From contig DF237402.1 in NCBI GenBank assembly GCA_000708835.1, positions 1 through 53,582 of the forward strand: 53,582 nt of DNA, in the 5' to 3' direction. Under the pieces are notes generated by a model. That model saw only the letters and a list, made by a program, of their open reading frames with translations. It was not told the origin of the DNA and ran no database searches. A program made the position numbers and the translations under genes. The stretch comes from Klebsormidium nitens (Eukaryota; Plantae; Klebsormidiophyceae). This document shows, piece after piece, positions 43,666-53,582 of this stretch; within the stretch, counting starts at the first letter, position 1; every line of letters starts with the position of its first letter.

Positions 43666-44229
43666 TTATGGTATGTCTTTCAAAGGTGGCAGCACATGAC
43701 AATCAGGAAATGTCCCGTGCCTCATATCGATCATGCCGTTTTTATAAACAAGTTTCCAGTCTGGCACTTCTTGCACCAAACCAGGACTGCATCCTTGGAG
43801 GCACATGACACGTCTGTTATCAGAGCTCAAACACGCAAAGACTGCGCGAATGGGGGACGGTGCATCTTTTGCTGCCGACACCACCACCGAGTGAAGTGCG
43901 AGGGCAAGCAGGGGGATGCAATGCATGTCAAAAAGCGCAAATGTAAGGACGTTTGGTTCTAGATGCATATCAAATACATGGTTGTGTATTCGTACTCGAA
44001 GGTCATTGGGCTCCGTTGCAATGAATCCCACCAGCACGTCACCCCAACCGTTCAAGATTCTGGGGTTGCCAGATGACACGACGGGCTCGTCGTAAAGCAC
44101 CAGCGCATGTGTATTGCGCACTAGTTGTTTGTCGAGAATGTCCAGAGCAACACTCCCGTTAACGACACCTGTTTTATGGCTTGACACTTGCTCCATGATT
44201 GCCTGCCAAACCTCAGGCAAGAACGACAT
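43666..44229 (-). CDS. Small protein with NCLDV major-capsid-like (single jelly-roll) motifs
   Basis: WGDVLVGF, CIPLLALALHSVVV (cf. MCP LPLIALQYHEVKI) and LVYKNGM (cf. MCP C-terminal ..SGM). Confidence 0.45.
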   Translation of the reverse strand: MSFLPEVWQAIMEQVSSHKTGVVNGSVALDILDKQLVRNTHALVLYDEPVVSSGNPRILNGWGDVLVGFIATEPNDLRVRIHNHVFDMHLEPNVLTFALFDMHCIPLLALALHSVVVSAAKDAPSPIRAVFACLSSDNRRVMCLQGCSPGLVQEVPDWKLVYKNGMIDMRHGTFPDCHVLPPLKDIP

Positions 44230-44456
44230 GACGGTTCAATGTGTGATCAGAAGTTGTACAAAAACTGTACGTGCTTGGAATCTCCTTGAGCCTGAGCCCC
44301 TTGAACGGGTGCACATAATCTGGTCGTTAGGATGGCATCGGCATCAAAAAATGCAAGTGACGAGAACGCACACAATGACAGTGCCAGCGTCTACGTCTGG
44401 GTAACAATGGCTGCGCGTCTGCCAAATCTCTTCTACTTGGCTGTTTGCGACATTCT

Positions 44457-45458
44457 CTATGTACAAAGCGATCTTGCAGCTTGCCCCTGAATTCCCTCCA
44501 ACACCTTCATTGCGACTTGAGACGGCCCAATCGCATTGCTCTTTCTCAGTTCGCCGTACTCCTTTTTGCGTCTCTTGGCCTCCGGCACGTCCAACAGCCG
44601 GTCCTTGATGTCGTCCATGTGCACGCCTCTGAGGTACGCCTGCATTGTGTCCCGCATCTGAGCGAGGTCCTTCAGCACGCCGGCCGGGGACATCAGCGCC
44701 AGCTCCGCAGCTGGGCGGTTGAAGTATTTCTCGAACGCCACCTCGAACGTAGCACGGACCGACTGCCCGTAGCCGTCCAACATGTCGGGCACCGTGAGCG
44801 AAGGGGGGATGCCCCGGCTCTCCTTGAAGCCCTTGGTAGACTCTGCGAATCCGACGATCGCCTGGTTCAGCAGCGTCGCCACCTGGCTGTAGAACGCCCA
44901 CCCCACGTCCTTGCTCGCCCTCCTCGCCTCCAAGTACCGCTTGATGGCTGCCGACTTCTGCCAGAACATCGCGATCCCGTCGCACCGCGCCTGGTCCCAA
45001 GGATCCACCCTCGGAGCCTCGGGGGGCTGGACGGGGGCTGCCGCTGCCGACGCAGCCCGGCTCACGTACGCGTCCCTGATCGCCAAGAAGAACTGCCGCA
45101 CCTTGCGGCCCACGTCGCCCGGGCTGGACATCGCAAAGTGCTCGAACGCGTTCTTCGACAGGAAGTACTTGTCGGGCTCCTTTCCAGTGACCTGGCCCGA
45201 AATAACATTCCTGCAAAGTCGGCCTTTGTGGAATACATAGTCTTCATCTTCCATAAATTGGTCAGACCTCAGCTTTCGGAGTGCACTGCCTTTTGTGCTG
45301 TAGCCAAGGAACGTCCAAACACTGTCAAAGTCAATCGGAAACTTGGAACCCTTGTCGTCAAATGCGTTGATGAATACCCGAGCCATGTCCTGCCGGTTCT
45401 CACCCACTGCCTCCCCCAGTGCCATCACCTTGGAATCGGACATGATCGCAGCCTCCAT
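44457..45458 (-). CDS. AntA/AntB (MSV199-like) DNA-binding protein 1 with Rha-like C-terminal domain
   Basis: FPIDFDSVWTFLGYSTKGSALRKL..FMEDEDY...KYFLSKNAFEHFAM...GRKVRQFF; C-terminal WDQARCDG...LNQAIVG...KESRG. Confidence 0.75.
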   Translation of the reverse strand: MEAAIMSDSKVMALGEAVGENRQDMARVFINAFDDKGSKFPIDFDSVWTFLGYSTKGSALRKLRSDQFMEDEDYVFHKGRLCRNVISGQVTGKEPDKYFLSKNAFEHFAMSSPGDVGRKVRQFFLAIRDAYVSRAASAAAAPVQPPEAPRVDPWDQARCDGIAMFWQKSAAIKRYLEARRASKDVGWAFYSQVATLLNQAIVGFAESTKGFKESRGIPPSLTVPDMLDGYGQSVRATFEVAFEKYFNRPAAELALMSPAGVLKDLAQMRDTMQAYLRGVHMDDIKDRLLDVPEAKRRKKEYGELRKSNAIGPSQVAMKVLEGIQGQAARSLCT

Positions 45459-45484
45459 TTGTTTGTTCTAAGCTATGCCCTCGT

Positions 45485-45620
45485 CCCTAAGCTCTTACGC
45501 TACCCTCTTCTTTGAACAGCCCTTTGATCAGCAACCGTTCTCCCTAAGCTTTCACACTACCCTCTTCTCTGAACAGCCTTTTATCAACCAACCCTTCTCC
45601 CTAAGCTCCTACACTACCCC
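45485..45620. repeat. 57-bp tandem repeat, about 2.5 units
   Basis: ccctaagct at 45485, 45542 and 45599. Confidence 0.7.
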
Positions 45621-45689
45621 ACTTGTTGCGCTCAAGTGAACTCTCATCCCTAAGTTCCTGTCCCCAAGCCCCCGTTGCAGGCAGCATCC

Positions 45690-46496
45690 TCATGCAGCAA
45701 CGGTGACCCGCACCCCAAACCTCTCACAAACCGCACAGATGCCGCTCACGTCCACGGCATCGTCCAGCTCGTCCACGAAGAGATGGATTCTCGGGCTATG
45801 ATCCGGAAAACAGCCCGAGTACGCCAGAGCCTGCCCTAGGGCGTGCTTCCATGCGCCGATGGCTTTCACTTCAACCACCTCAGTATCCGTCAGGAGATCC
45901 ACGCGCCCGTACTTGCATGGGACCTCGGCGGCCCCTCCCTCGTCCTTCTGAAGTCTGCGTTGCACCTCCTTCTCCGTGCCACTCAAGGTTGTGTCGAGCT
46001 CTTTGGCCAGCCGTTCCTGCTCCGTGGCGACAAATCGATGGCTCGCATCCATGATGTCCTGGCGACGCCGCTTGCCGAGCCCTTCCAACGTTCGATAGTA
46101 CTCCGCCTTCAAGCAGATGAAGAACTGCCTGACCAGCTTGCCACGTTCACCCGGAGCGGTCATGCAGAAGTGCTCGAAAGCAACCGCACAAAGGTAGTAT
46201 TTATCCGTTGGCCTTCCACCAAAGTCTTTCATCCCAATCTGGCATCCAACTCTCTCCCGTTTGTGTATGAAATCTTCGCCCTCCAGAAACCGATCCTTCA
46301 GCTTCTGCAGCGCATTGCCCTTAGTGCTGTACCCCAGGAATCTCCAAACATCTTCAAAATCGATGGTGAATTTGCCTTTGCTCTCGTCGAAGGCTCCCGT
46401 CAACGCCTTTGCAAGCTCCTGTCGGGTCGTCTCTGGAAGCGTAGTGCTTGCTGTGATCTTCGCGTGCGCGGTGACGGCAGCCATTCTGCTCCTCAA
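45690..46496 (-). CDS. AntA-like DNA-binding domain fused to PD-(D/E)XK nuclease
   Basis: IDFEDVWRFLGYSTKGNA...GGRPTDKYYL...GKLVRQFF, then EVPCKYGRVDLLTDTEVVEVK...WKHALGQALAY...PRIHLF. Confidence 0.8.
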   Translation of the reverse strand: MRSRMAAVTAHAKITASTTLPETTRQELAKALTGAFDESKGKFTIDFEDVWRFLGYSTKGNALQKLKDRFLEGEDFIHKRERVGCQIGMKDFGGRPTDKYYLCAVAFEHFCMTAPGERGKLVRQFFICLKAEYYRTLEGLGKRRRQDIMDASHRFVATEQERLAKELDTTLSGTEKEVQRRLQKDEGGAAEVPCKYGRVDLLTDTEVVEVKAIGAWKHALGQALAYSGCFPDHSPRIHLFVDELDDAVDVSGICAVCERFGVRVTVAA

Positions 46497-47020
46497 GTTT
46501 CGAATCGTTCAAGAAAGATGTGAAAATGTGAATGATTCGCATCCGCTTTGCTTCGAAGTGACCCCACAGAGATGGGGGACGTCAGAGGCAGAGTGGTGGC
46601 GGCCATTGGCACAAGCCGTGCCACAACGGGCCACAGACCTGCCACCGACCGCCACCTCTAAGTGAGTATAAAGCAAATTTCGGGACGCTCATTTCTCATT
46701 CCAAATCCGCAAAGCTTCAGCATTTAGGGACACGGGACGGGTGCAGCGAGGCAGGCGCCACCGAGCCACCGAGGAGGGGCAGCGGAGCAAGAGAGGAAGG
46801 AGCCCACAGACAACGGTCCAGCAGAGGCGGCGCGACGAAGAAGCAGAGCGGTGGGAGGCGCAGCCGGAGCACCAGAAGAGCGGCGCGGGAAGGTAGGACT
46901 CTCTCCCTCGTACTCAGAACTTGATAGCGGGGAGGGCTTAGTTACATACATATCAGCACTGGTTCGGAAAGGTCAAGACTCTCGTACTGTAATTTGTTAT
47001 AAGTTTTTTCCTTCTGTCCG

Positions 47021-47340
47021 GAAGAAAAATATAACAAATAAGCAGTAGGGATTTCCCCCTTTGGGCCTCAGTTGCGAATATGTATGTAGTAAGGCCATAC
47101 CGAAAAAGATGCCTTAATATTATAGTCTACTTTTCAGAAGAAAAATATAACAAATAAGCAGTAGGGAGTTTCCCCTTTGGGCCTCAGTTGCGAATATGTA
47201 TGTAGTAAGGCCATACCGAAAAAGATGCCTTAATATTATAGTCTACTTTTCAGAAGAAAAATATAACAAATAAGCAGTAGGGAGTTTCCGCTTTGGGCCT
47301 CGAGCGGAAATATGTATTCATTAAGGCCACACCAGAAAAA
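47021..47340. repeat. AT-rich 116-bp tandem repeat, about 2.7 units
   Basis: gaagaaaaatataacaaataagcagtaggg at 47021, 47137 and 47253. Confidence 0.9.
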
Positions 47341-47484
47341 ATGCATGACATTTAGAATCGACTTCGTGGGCAAAAGCAAAAAAAAGAAGCAATATGGCTC
47401 GTTTCCCCTGGGTCTCTGGTAGCTCCACTTACTTGTCGTAACAACAGTTCATAACAGCTCCCGTTTGCTCGTTGTAGGCTAGCC

Positions 47485-47988
47485 ATGGACATCACTCGGC
47501 TGCTTCAGCATCCGAGTATTGAGTCGACGACTGGAATCTCTGCCGAAGAGAAGCAAGACCTCGCACTCGTTTTCATCAAGGCGTTTAAGGATGAAGGCAA
47601 TGCTTTTCCGATTGACTTCGATGAGGTCTGGACGTTCTTGGAATACTCGACAAAGGGGAATGCACTTCAAAAATTGAAGCGGAACTTCAAGGAAGACATC
47701 GACTACATTGTACGGAAAGGGACACCGTACACGAGCTTGGGCTCGTCGCCAAAGCGCGGTTCGACTCCGGACCGCTATCTTCTAACAACAAAAGCCTTTG
47801 AGTTCTTCTCCATGAGCACAACCGGGAGCAAGGGGGATCGGGTAACGCGCGCGGCCCAAGTAATTGAGAGTGTGTCGGACGCAATCAGCAAGCTAGCAGC
47901 CTGCGTGAGCGTACGTACCGTACTCAACAAACGTGGTGAGTACAATGATGCTTATTCGCACCTGTACCAGGTTCGCAGAAGATATTGA
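47485..47988 (+). CDS. AntA-like DNA-binding protein 3, probably truncated
   Basis: FPIDFDEVWTFLEYSTKGNALQKLKRNFKEDIDY...PDRYLLTTKAFEFFSM...KGDRV, after which homology breaks off. Confidence 0.7.
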   Translation: MDITRLLQHPSIESTTGISAEEKQDLALVFIKAFKDEGNAFPIDFDEVWTFLEYSTKGNALQKLKRNFKEDIDYIVRKGTPYTSLGSSPKRGSTPDRYLLTTKAFEFFSMSTTGSKGDRVTRAAQVIESVSDAISKLAACVSVRTVLNKRGEYNDAYSHLYQVRRRY

Positions 47989-48077
47989 TCGTCTTCACAT
48001 GTCTATATTGCAGGCTTGGAGCTTGATACTAGTTTGAACCGCTCAGACGTTGCAAATCATCTAGCTCGCGTGCCGTC

Positions 48078-48900
48078 TTATATAAGTCGCGAGGAGGTTT
48101 TGCATACCAATGATAGCATCCAGCTTTGGGATATCAGAGTAATAAGCATGGTTAACCGTGCGCTGTGTCCAAAGAAGACAGGCCCGCTCGAGCGGGATGG
48201 CCAGGTGCACATATCATGATAGTGCAAGTGCAGATCATCGGAACCGCAAGTGCAAAATATGACAAACTTACTCGCCTGAAGAAACGATGTTATATGTGTG
48301 CCTTGACAGTAGGCCAATCGAGGAAAACAAAGCTTTCTCAGATTGGTTCGACTCAGCGAGCCCATCGTCAACGACGCCAGTCGAGTAATCGTTGAGCTGG
48401 CGTAATATCGATTCAACTTCAGACACGGATTGGCATACATACCAAGAGCTGATGACAAAGTGCCTTTCTGGCGGAACTCCGCCAAAATGAGAGGCCAGAG
48501 CTCCCGCGAGGGCCTTGTCACGTGCAGGAACGGGTTCTGACTGGCAAACACCTTCGCGAGAAAAGTGGCCACCCGAACAACCTTTCCAGTCTCATCCTTC
48601 AATTCTTCATCCTGCAATCTGTCCAAGAACAGGGACAGCTCCGCCGCAAAGGCCTTCGGAAACGCGTCTCCATGCTGTTTCCAGCTCTTGCGCAACCTTT
48701 CGGCATGAGCCTCTGTTTGAAGGTCCCTTTCCCAAGGATCCTCGTAGGTCATCCAAAGCCTCTGGGCCGGTATCCGGCCGGTCTCTGCTACATCACGCAA
48801 CACCCAAGAGATGACGACTGAAGGTGCTGGCGTCAGCTCTTCAGCGCACCCGGCGCGTGGTTGATTCGAAGCTGACGTCTTGAGAAAAGACTCGAGGAGA
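48078..48900 (-). CDS. Unknown helical-protein family, copy 1
   Basis: PSVVISWVLRDV...TYEDPWERDLQTEAHAERLRKSWKQHGDAFPKAFAAELS shared with copies 2 and 3. Confidence 0.5.
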
Positions 48901-49890
48901 TCTTTGGGGGCGCCTTTGTTAGGTTGCTACCATTGTTGTACATGTCGTCAGCAGGCTTGGACGTTGCGGCAGCGCCGTTGGCGCAAGAAAAGGATACGCC
49001 CATCTAAAGCCAAAATGAACAAACACAAGCGCTTCCACAGTAATCTCCAGTGGAACAAAACTCCTGATCAGGTCGCTTTTATTTGATTGAACACGACAAG
49101 TAGCGGCCGGGTGGACACGCGGCCGGCACGTCGCCAGGCTCAGTGTCTCAAAATCTCAAGGGTTTGCAGGCTTTGGCCACTCCCCCGACGTCCGCCCACG
49201 CCCCGCTTGGCAGGCGCGCCAGGCGGTCGCGTGCGGCCCCACGTCGACTCGCCGCATCCAGCCGCGGCCGCGCAGCCGCCTGCAAAGATCTGCTACATTT
49301 CAAGCACAGCCCATTTGCACCAAACCTCTTTCGCACAATTCTTTCCGACTAAGCTGAAGGTCGTACTGACAACTGAAGCTGCAAGCAGTCCTTAAACGGT
49401 GATCGCTGATTGAAGGTGAAGTTGAAGGCGTCAAAGTGAAACAAGCAATCCGAAAACATAGATTGTACTCGTAGGGAGCTGCGCGAGTCGAGGTGAGGAA
49501 AGAAGGGCCGGAAAGCAACAATTAATCAGGCGGCTTTCATGTCTTCTTGGGTTCTGTTTTAAGTGCGCGGCATACGCTTCGCGACCTCAATTTCGTTCGA
49601 AAACATCGGCCACCACAATCAAATGAGGCCGGCCGGATCACATGAGGGTTCTTGTGCAAACTCAATCTGTTGAAAACTGGATTAGGCGAAAACGGCCTTG
49701 ACGCACGTTCCGCTCTGCAGATACGAACATTTTAGGTATTGAGATTCCTCAACTCTAGGACGAAGCCGCGACCTCAAACCTAATAACCATGTTCATTTTG
49801 CAGCGCTTTTGGAACGATTGAAAATTGATTCATCTGCCTCTTTTGTGAGCTTTACCCTTCTTCATGTTGCTCGATAAGCGGCTGTTTTCA

Positions 49891-51516
49891 CTATTCGTGC
49901 GTGGTTGAAAAGGTAACCAGACCCATGAGTTCAAGTGGTCCTGCCAGCACCATTAATAATATGTACAATGATACTCTGCTGAGCCCCGTGTAGGCAAGTG
50001 GGCGGGACTGCAGGAAACAGATGCACGATACGGATCCGCTGATGAGAATAAGAATAAGTGAGGCTGCCATGCGTCGCAGATACTGAGGAACTGACGTGGA
50101 AGAAGCTATATGCGCTTTAGGCAACAAGTGAGATCCAATCCTGAGCGCTTCCTTCTTAGACAGCAACCGGATGCTCCATCCGGGGAAGCGTGATCTTTAA
50201 GGGCAGAACATAAATACAGAAAAAAGCACCGGCCCACAATCATCCCAGCTATCGTCAGGAATGTAAAGGTCTTGTTCGCGTGGATCTTTTTGATACTGCC
50301 CTTAAAAAATCTTGAACTAAGCCTCGTAGACATTCAACGTTCAACCAAAGTACATCGAGATTTAAACCAGAAAGAGCATAGCATAAGGTGAGCATTTTGT
50401 ACGGAGAGGGTTTTTGAGGCGGCTGTACTAGTAATTATAAACCATCCGATGGCTCTCCTGTCTCAACCTCCCACGGAGCCCTTATAATCGACGCCCTGAT
50501 AACCTTTTTTTTGGCGTCCTTCTTCTCCTTCTCTTGCAGTTTGTATGCTTCCATCCCCACCTTGGACATTCTTTGCGTGAGATTCTTGACTTCTTTTCCC
50601 ATGCTGAGAAAGTTTTTACTCTGAAGACGGAGCTTTCCTGCAGAGTCTACTTCATCCGGTAAATTCTCTGGGATACGAAAGAGCAGCACTTGAATCCTGT
50701 CTCGCCACCGCGATGTTTCCGGCGCCGCCCATTCCGCTCCTCGAGAAATTTGTTCGTGTCTCCGGCGGATCTCCGCTAGGACGGAAGGCTAGAGCTCCTG
50801 CGAGCGCCTTGTCACGTGAAAGGACGCGTTTTGACTGGCAAAGACCTGCGCCAAGAGAGTGGCCACCCGAACGTTCTTCCCTGCAACATTATCCCTGATG
50901 TCTTCCTCTTGCAAGCTCTTCGCAAATACGGACAGCTCCTCTGCAAAGGCCTTTGGAAAGGCGTCCCCATATTGATCCCAGCACTTGCGCAGCCTTGCGG
51001 CATGGGCCTCCGTTTGAAGGTCCCTCTTCCAAAGATCCTCGTAGGTGACCAGAAGCCTCTGAGGGATTCCTGATTCTGCTATATCACGCAGAACCCAGGC
51101 GATGACAACAGAAGGTGCTGCATCAGCTCCTCAGGGCAGTCCGCTTTCGGCGGTGTGGTTTTGATCAAAGACTCGAGGAGGTCTCTAGAAGCGCCTTCAA
51201 GCTCAGGCTTGTGCAGGTTGCTGTGAAAATGGTCGTCAGATGGCGTGGACGTTGCTGCAGCGCCGTCGGCGCAAGAAAAGGACAGGCCCTTCTTGGACCA
51301 AGGTGAACAAACCGTCAGCTTTGCGACGTCTCTGCTGCTTACAACTTCTAGGTGCACCTTCTTAGCTTGCATTCGCGAAGCGACAAGCGGCATGTATACA
51401 CATAGAGACGCGGCCGCTGCCAGTGAGGGTATGCATGATTTCAGAGTTAGCAGTGCGCATCGCGCCCGCGCGCGCGCTGGTCGCGGCATACATGAAGCGG
51501 GCCTGAGACCGCGCAC
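49891..51516 (-). pseudogene. Unknown helical-protein family, copy 2 (fragmented by frameshifts and/or introns)
   Basis: Nucleotide similarity of 50800-51200 to 48510-48900; PSVVIAWVLRDIAESG...TYEDLWKRDLQTEAH; IASST and RPLAY match copy 1. Confidence 0.5.
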
Positions 51517-52263
51517 GCGTCCAGCCTGGCGGCCGCCAATGAGCCCCCGGCCGGCGGCCGCCCGGCCGCGGCCGGCAGGAGTCCGCCTGCTGCGGCAAAC
51601 ATGAGCATTATATTCGCAAATCTGTTTTTTTGGGAACGTACAAACCCATGGACGTCTAGTACGAGTTGATCAATCCAAGCTGGCCCAGGGCCAAACCGCA
51701 TGAGCAGTCCGTTAAATGATGATCTTTCTCATCGCAAAATTCAGTCGCCGTCTCCTGATGTCAACTCATGATCGTGCACCTGCATACTCGTCTTTTGTTG
51801 CATGAGCGTTGCAATTCTTGCACTACGCAGATCAGAAGTTGTCATCGACATCGACGTAGTAAGCAGACGAATTTTGATCTAATATTTCTGTTGACGCAGT
51901 TCGAAGTTGACCTGCATCACTTATCCAGTCTCACCTTGAATTGGCAGACAGAGTGGCGAAGAAAAGACTATCGGTTCATATCTTCTTATGACAGCCGGTC
52001 GATATATATCTCTCAACTCTTTCTTCGTCGATCAAGGTTTTCATGAAAGAGCATCCGGGAAACGCTCTTATAACAACTGGTCATTTTGGTATAGTGCTTC
52101 AGTGGTTATATGAGTCAATGATCACCGAGTGTGAGCTCAGATCTAAACTACCGTTCCAAAAGCTAGGGCAATACTGCAGTAATACTATAGTAGTATGGTG
52201 GCAACTGGAGTGAAGAACTTGTACGACCCTCAAACTTTTTGAAAACGCACAATGATGATGTTC

Positions 52264-52507
52264 NNNNNNNNNNNNNNNNNNNNNNNNNNNNNNNNNNNNN
52301 NNNNNNNNNNNNNNNNNNNNNNNNNNNNNNNNNNNNNNNNNNNNNNNNNNNNNNNNNNNNNNNNNNNNNNNNNNNNNNNNNNNNNNNNNNNNNNNNNNNN
52401 NNNNNNNNNNNNNNNNNNNNNNNNNNNNNNNNNNNNNNNNNNNNNNNNNNNNNNNNNNNNNNNNNNNNNNNNNNNNNNNNNNNNNNNNNNNNNNNNNNNN
52501 NNNNNNN
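52264..52507. other. Assembly gap (244 N)
   Basis: N run. Confidence 1.
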
Positions 52508-52817
52508 GTTCTGCAGAATACTACGTTGACAAAAAATATTACAGTACTACTACTTAAACTGACACCTTATCCGAAACAGTCGGAGTTCAAGCATGGTGAA
52601 TTTACGAGATGGATGAACTTCCGGATCGAAGCCTGCAATTCTTCGAGTAATCACTTGCACAACTGACCAGCAAATCATGAAGAAAGCCTTCGTTTTGCCA
52701 AGTTGTCAAGCGTCTCCAAAAGGTAGCGTTATTACTAAGTAGCAATCTTCTTTTTCAGCCTCAATGTACGATGAACATTTTGAAAGCACAGGCTATGTCT
52801 GATTGTTATCCTGTCAC

Positions 52818-53543
52818 TCAAGTACTATTCAAGTTGCTTCTTCCAAGTTCCCACGGCGCCCTGCTGAGAGAAGCTCTCAAGTTTGCCATTGTTTTTGCTT
52901 TGTTCACTGCTACATACTCTTTGTGTGCTTCGGTCTGCACTTTGGACAGCTCTACCCACAGCTTTGTAAGTTCGTCATACAGGCCGCATGACCTCCCCCT
53001 CAATGTCGCTGAAGGATTATGTACACCGCCTTGAATCTTCACTTGCATCATCAGACTTATAGTCCTCTCTCTCCAGAGCATCGCTGCCGATTCCGCCCAT
53101 TCCGGTCCAGCTTGAGTCATCTGGTCAGTCCGGCGGATCCCAGCCAAGACGGACACCCAGAGCTCCTGCGAGTCAACCTCGAGCTTGCAAGTAAGCTGGG
53201 CGTCCGCCAAGAAGCTTGCTAGCAGCTCCAGCTTGCACTGAGAGTACCTACCTGATGTTGTTTCAGATGTGCAGTCCTCTGCTTGGAAGCTGGTCACAAG
53301 CAGGGAGAGCTCCTGAACAAACGCCTCAGGAAACGCTTCCCCGTGCTCCTCCCAGCACCTGAGCAACCGAGCTACATGCACCTCGGTTTTGACCTCCACT
53401 TTCAGCTTTTCTTCGGTGATGTCGGTCGCTTGAAAGATGGAGGGCCATCCAATCACGTCGCGAAGCACCCACCCAATGACGACAGAAGGAGCCGCGGTCA
53501 CTTCTCTGTTAGAAGTATTTGCGCACTGCCACTCGGGCCACAC
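52818..53543 (-). CDS. Unknown helical-protein family, copy 3
   Basis: APSVVIGWVLRDV...KTEVHVARLLRCWEEHGEAFPEAFVQELS...SQELWVSVL. Confidence 0.5.
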   Translation of the reverse strand: MWPEWQCANTSNREVTAAPSVVIGWVLRDVIGWPSIFQATDITEEKLKVEVKTEVHVARLLRCWEEHGEAFPEAFVQELSLLVTSFQAEDCTSETTSGRYSQCKLELLASFLADAQLTCKLEVDSQELWVSVLAGIRRTDQMTQAGPEWAESAAMLWRERTISLMMQVKIQGGVHNPSATLRGRSCGLYDELTKLWVELSKVQTEAHKEYVAVNKAKTMANLRASLSRAPWELGRSNLNST

Positions 53544-53582
53544 TGGCGCATTTTTGTTAGAAGTATTTGCGCACTGCCACTC

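Noticed and set aside
44344-45515. Long overlapping ORFs 44344-45216 (-) and 44445-45515 (+)
   Set aside because: Shadow frames of the GC-rich AntA-like gene; the same applies to many antisense ORFs across 9.5-23 kb and 35-38 kb.
53507-53582. 28-bp direct repeat with a 20-bp spacer resembling a CRISPR unit
   Set aside because: Only two copies, at the window edge, in a eukaryotic context with no cas genes; likely a local duplication or assembly artefact.

Overview
Eukaryotic chromosomal window with host-type spliced genes, DNA transposons and two N-gaps. It contains a large endogenised giant-virus (Nucleocytoviricota/NCLDV) fragment; the host may be a green or streptophyte alga, but that is unverified inference. 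The core viral block (~5.8-23.7 kb) is compact and intronless: two F-box-like paralogues, SWIB, aquaporin, degenerate hybrid histidine kinase-receiver, two WNK kinases, C5 DNA methyltransferase, RING E3, TFIIB, TBP, TFIIS, stand-alone CYTH RNA triphosphatase, thioredoxin, WLM metallopeptidase and YqaJ recombinase. Several of these genes carry small frameshifts, mostly 1-nt. The middle (~24-41 kb) is host-like: spliced genes, tandem repeats and a spliced CACTA/EnSpm transposase. A second island (~41.9-48 kb) holds a SUMO-like protein ending in free Gly-Gly, head-to-head with an SP-RING (Siz/PIAS-type) E3 gene. It also holds a capsid-like ORF and three AntA-like DNA-binding genes, one fused to a PD-(D/E)XK nuclease. 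The two best candidates for undescribed systems are (1) the SUMO-like modifier + SP-RING gene pair and (2) a virus-borne water/osmotic signalling cluster (orthodox aquaporin, pseudo-histidine kinase, WNK kinases). All family calls come from motif recognition by eye; no database searches were run.
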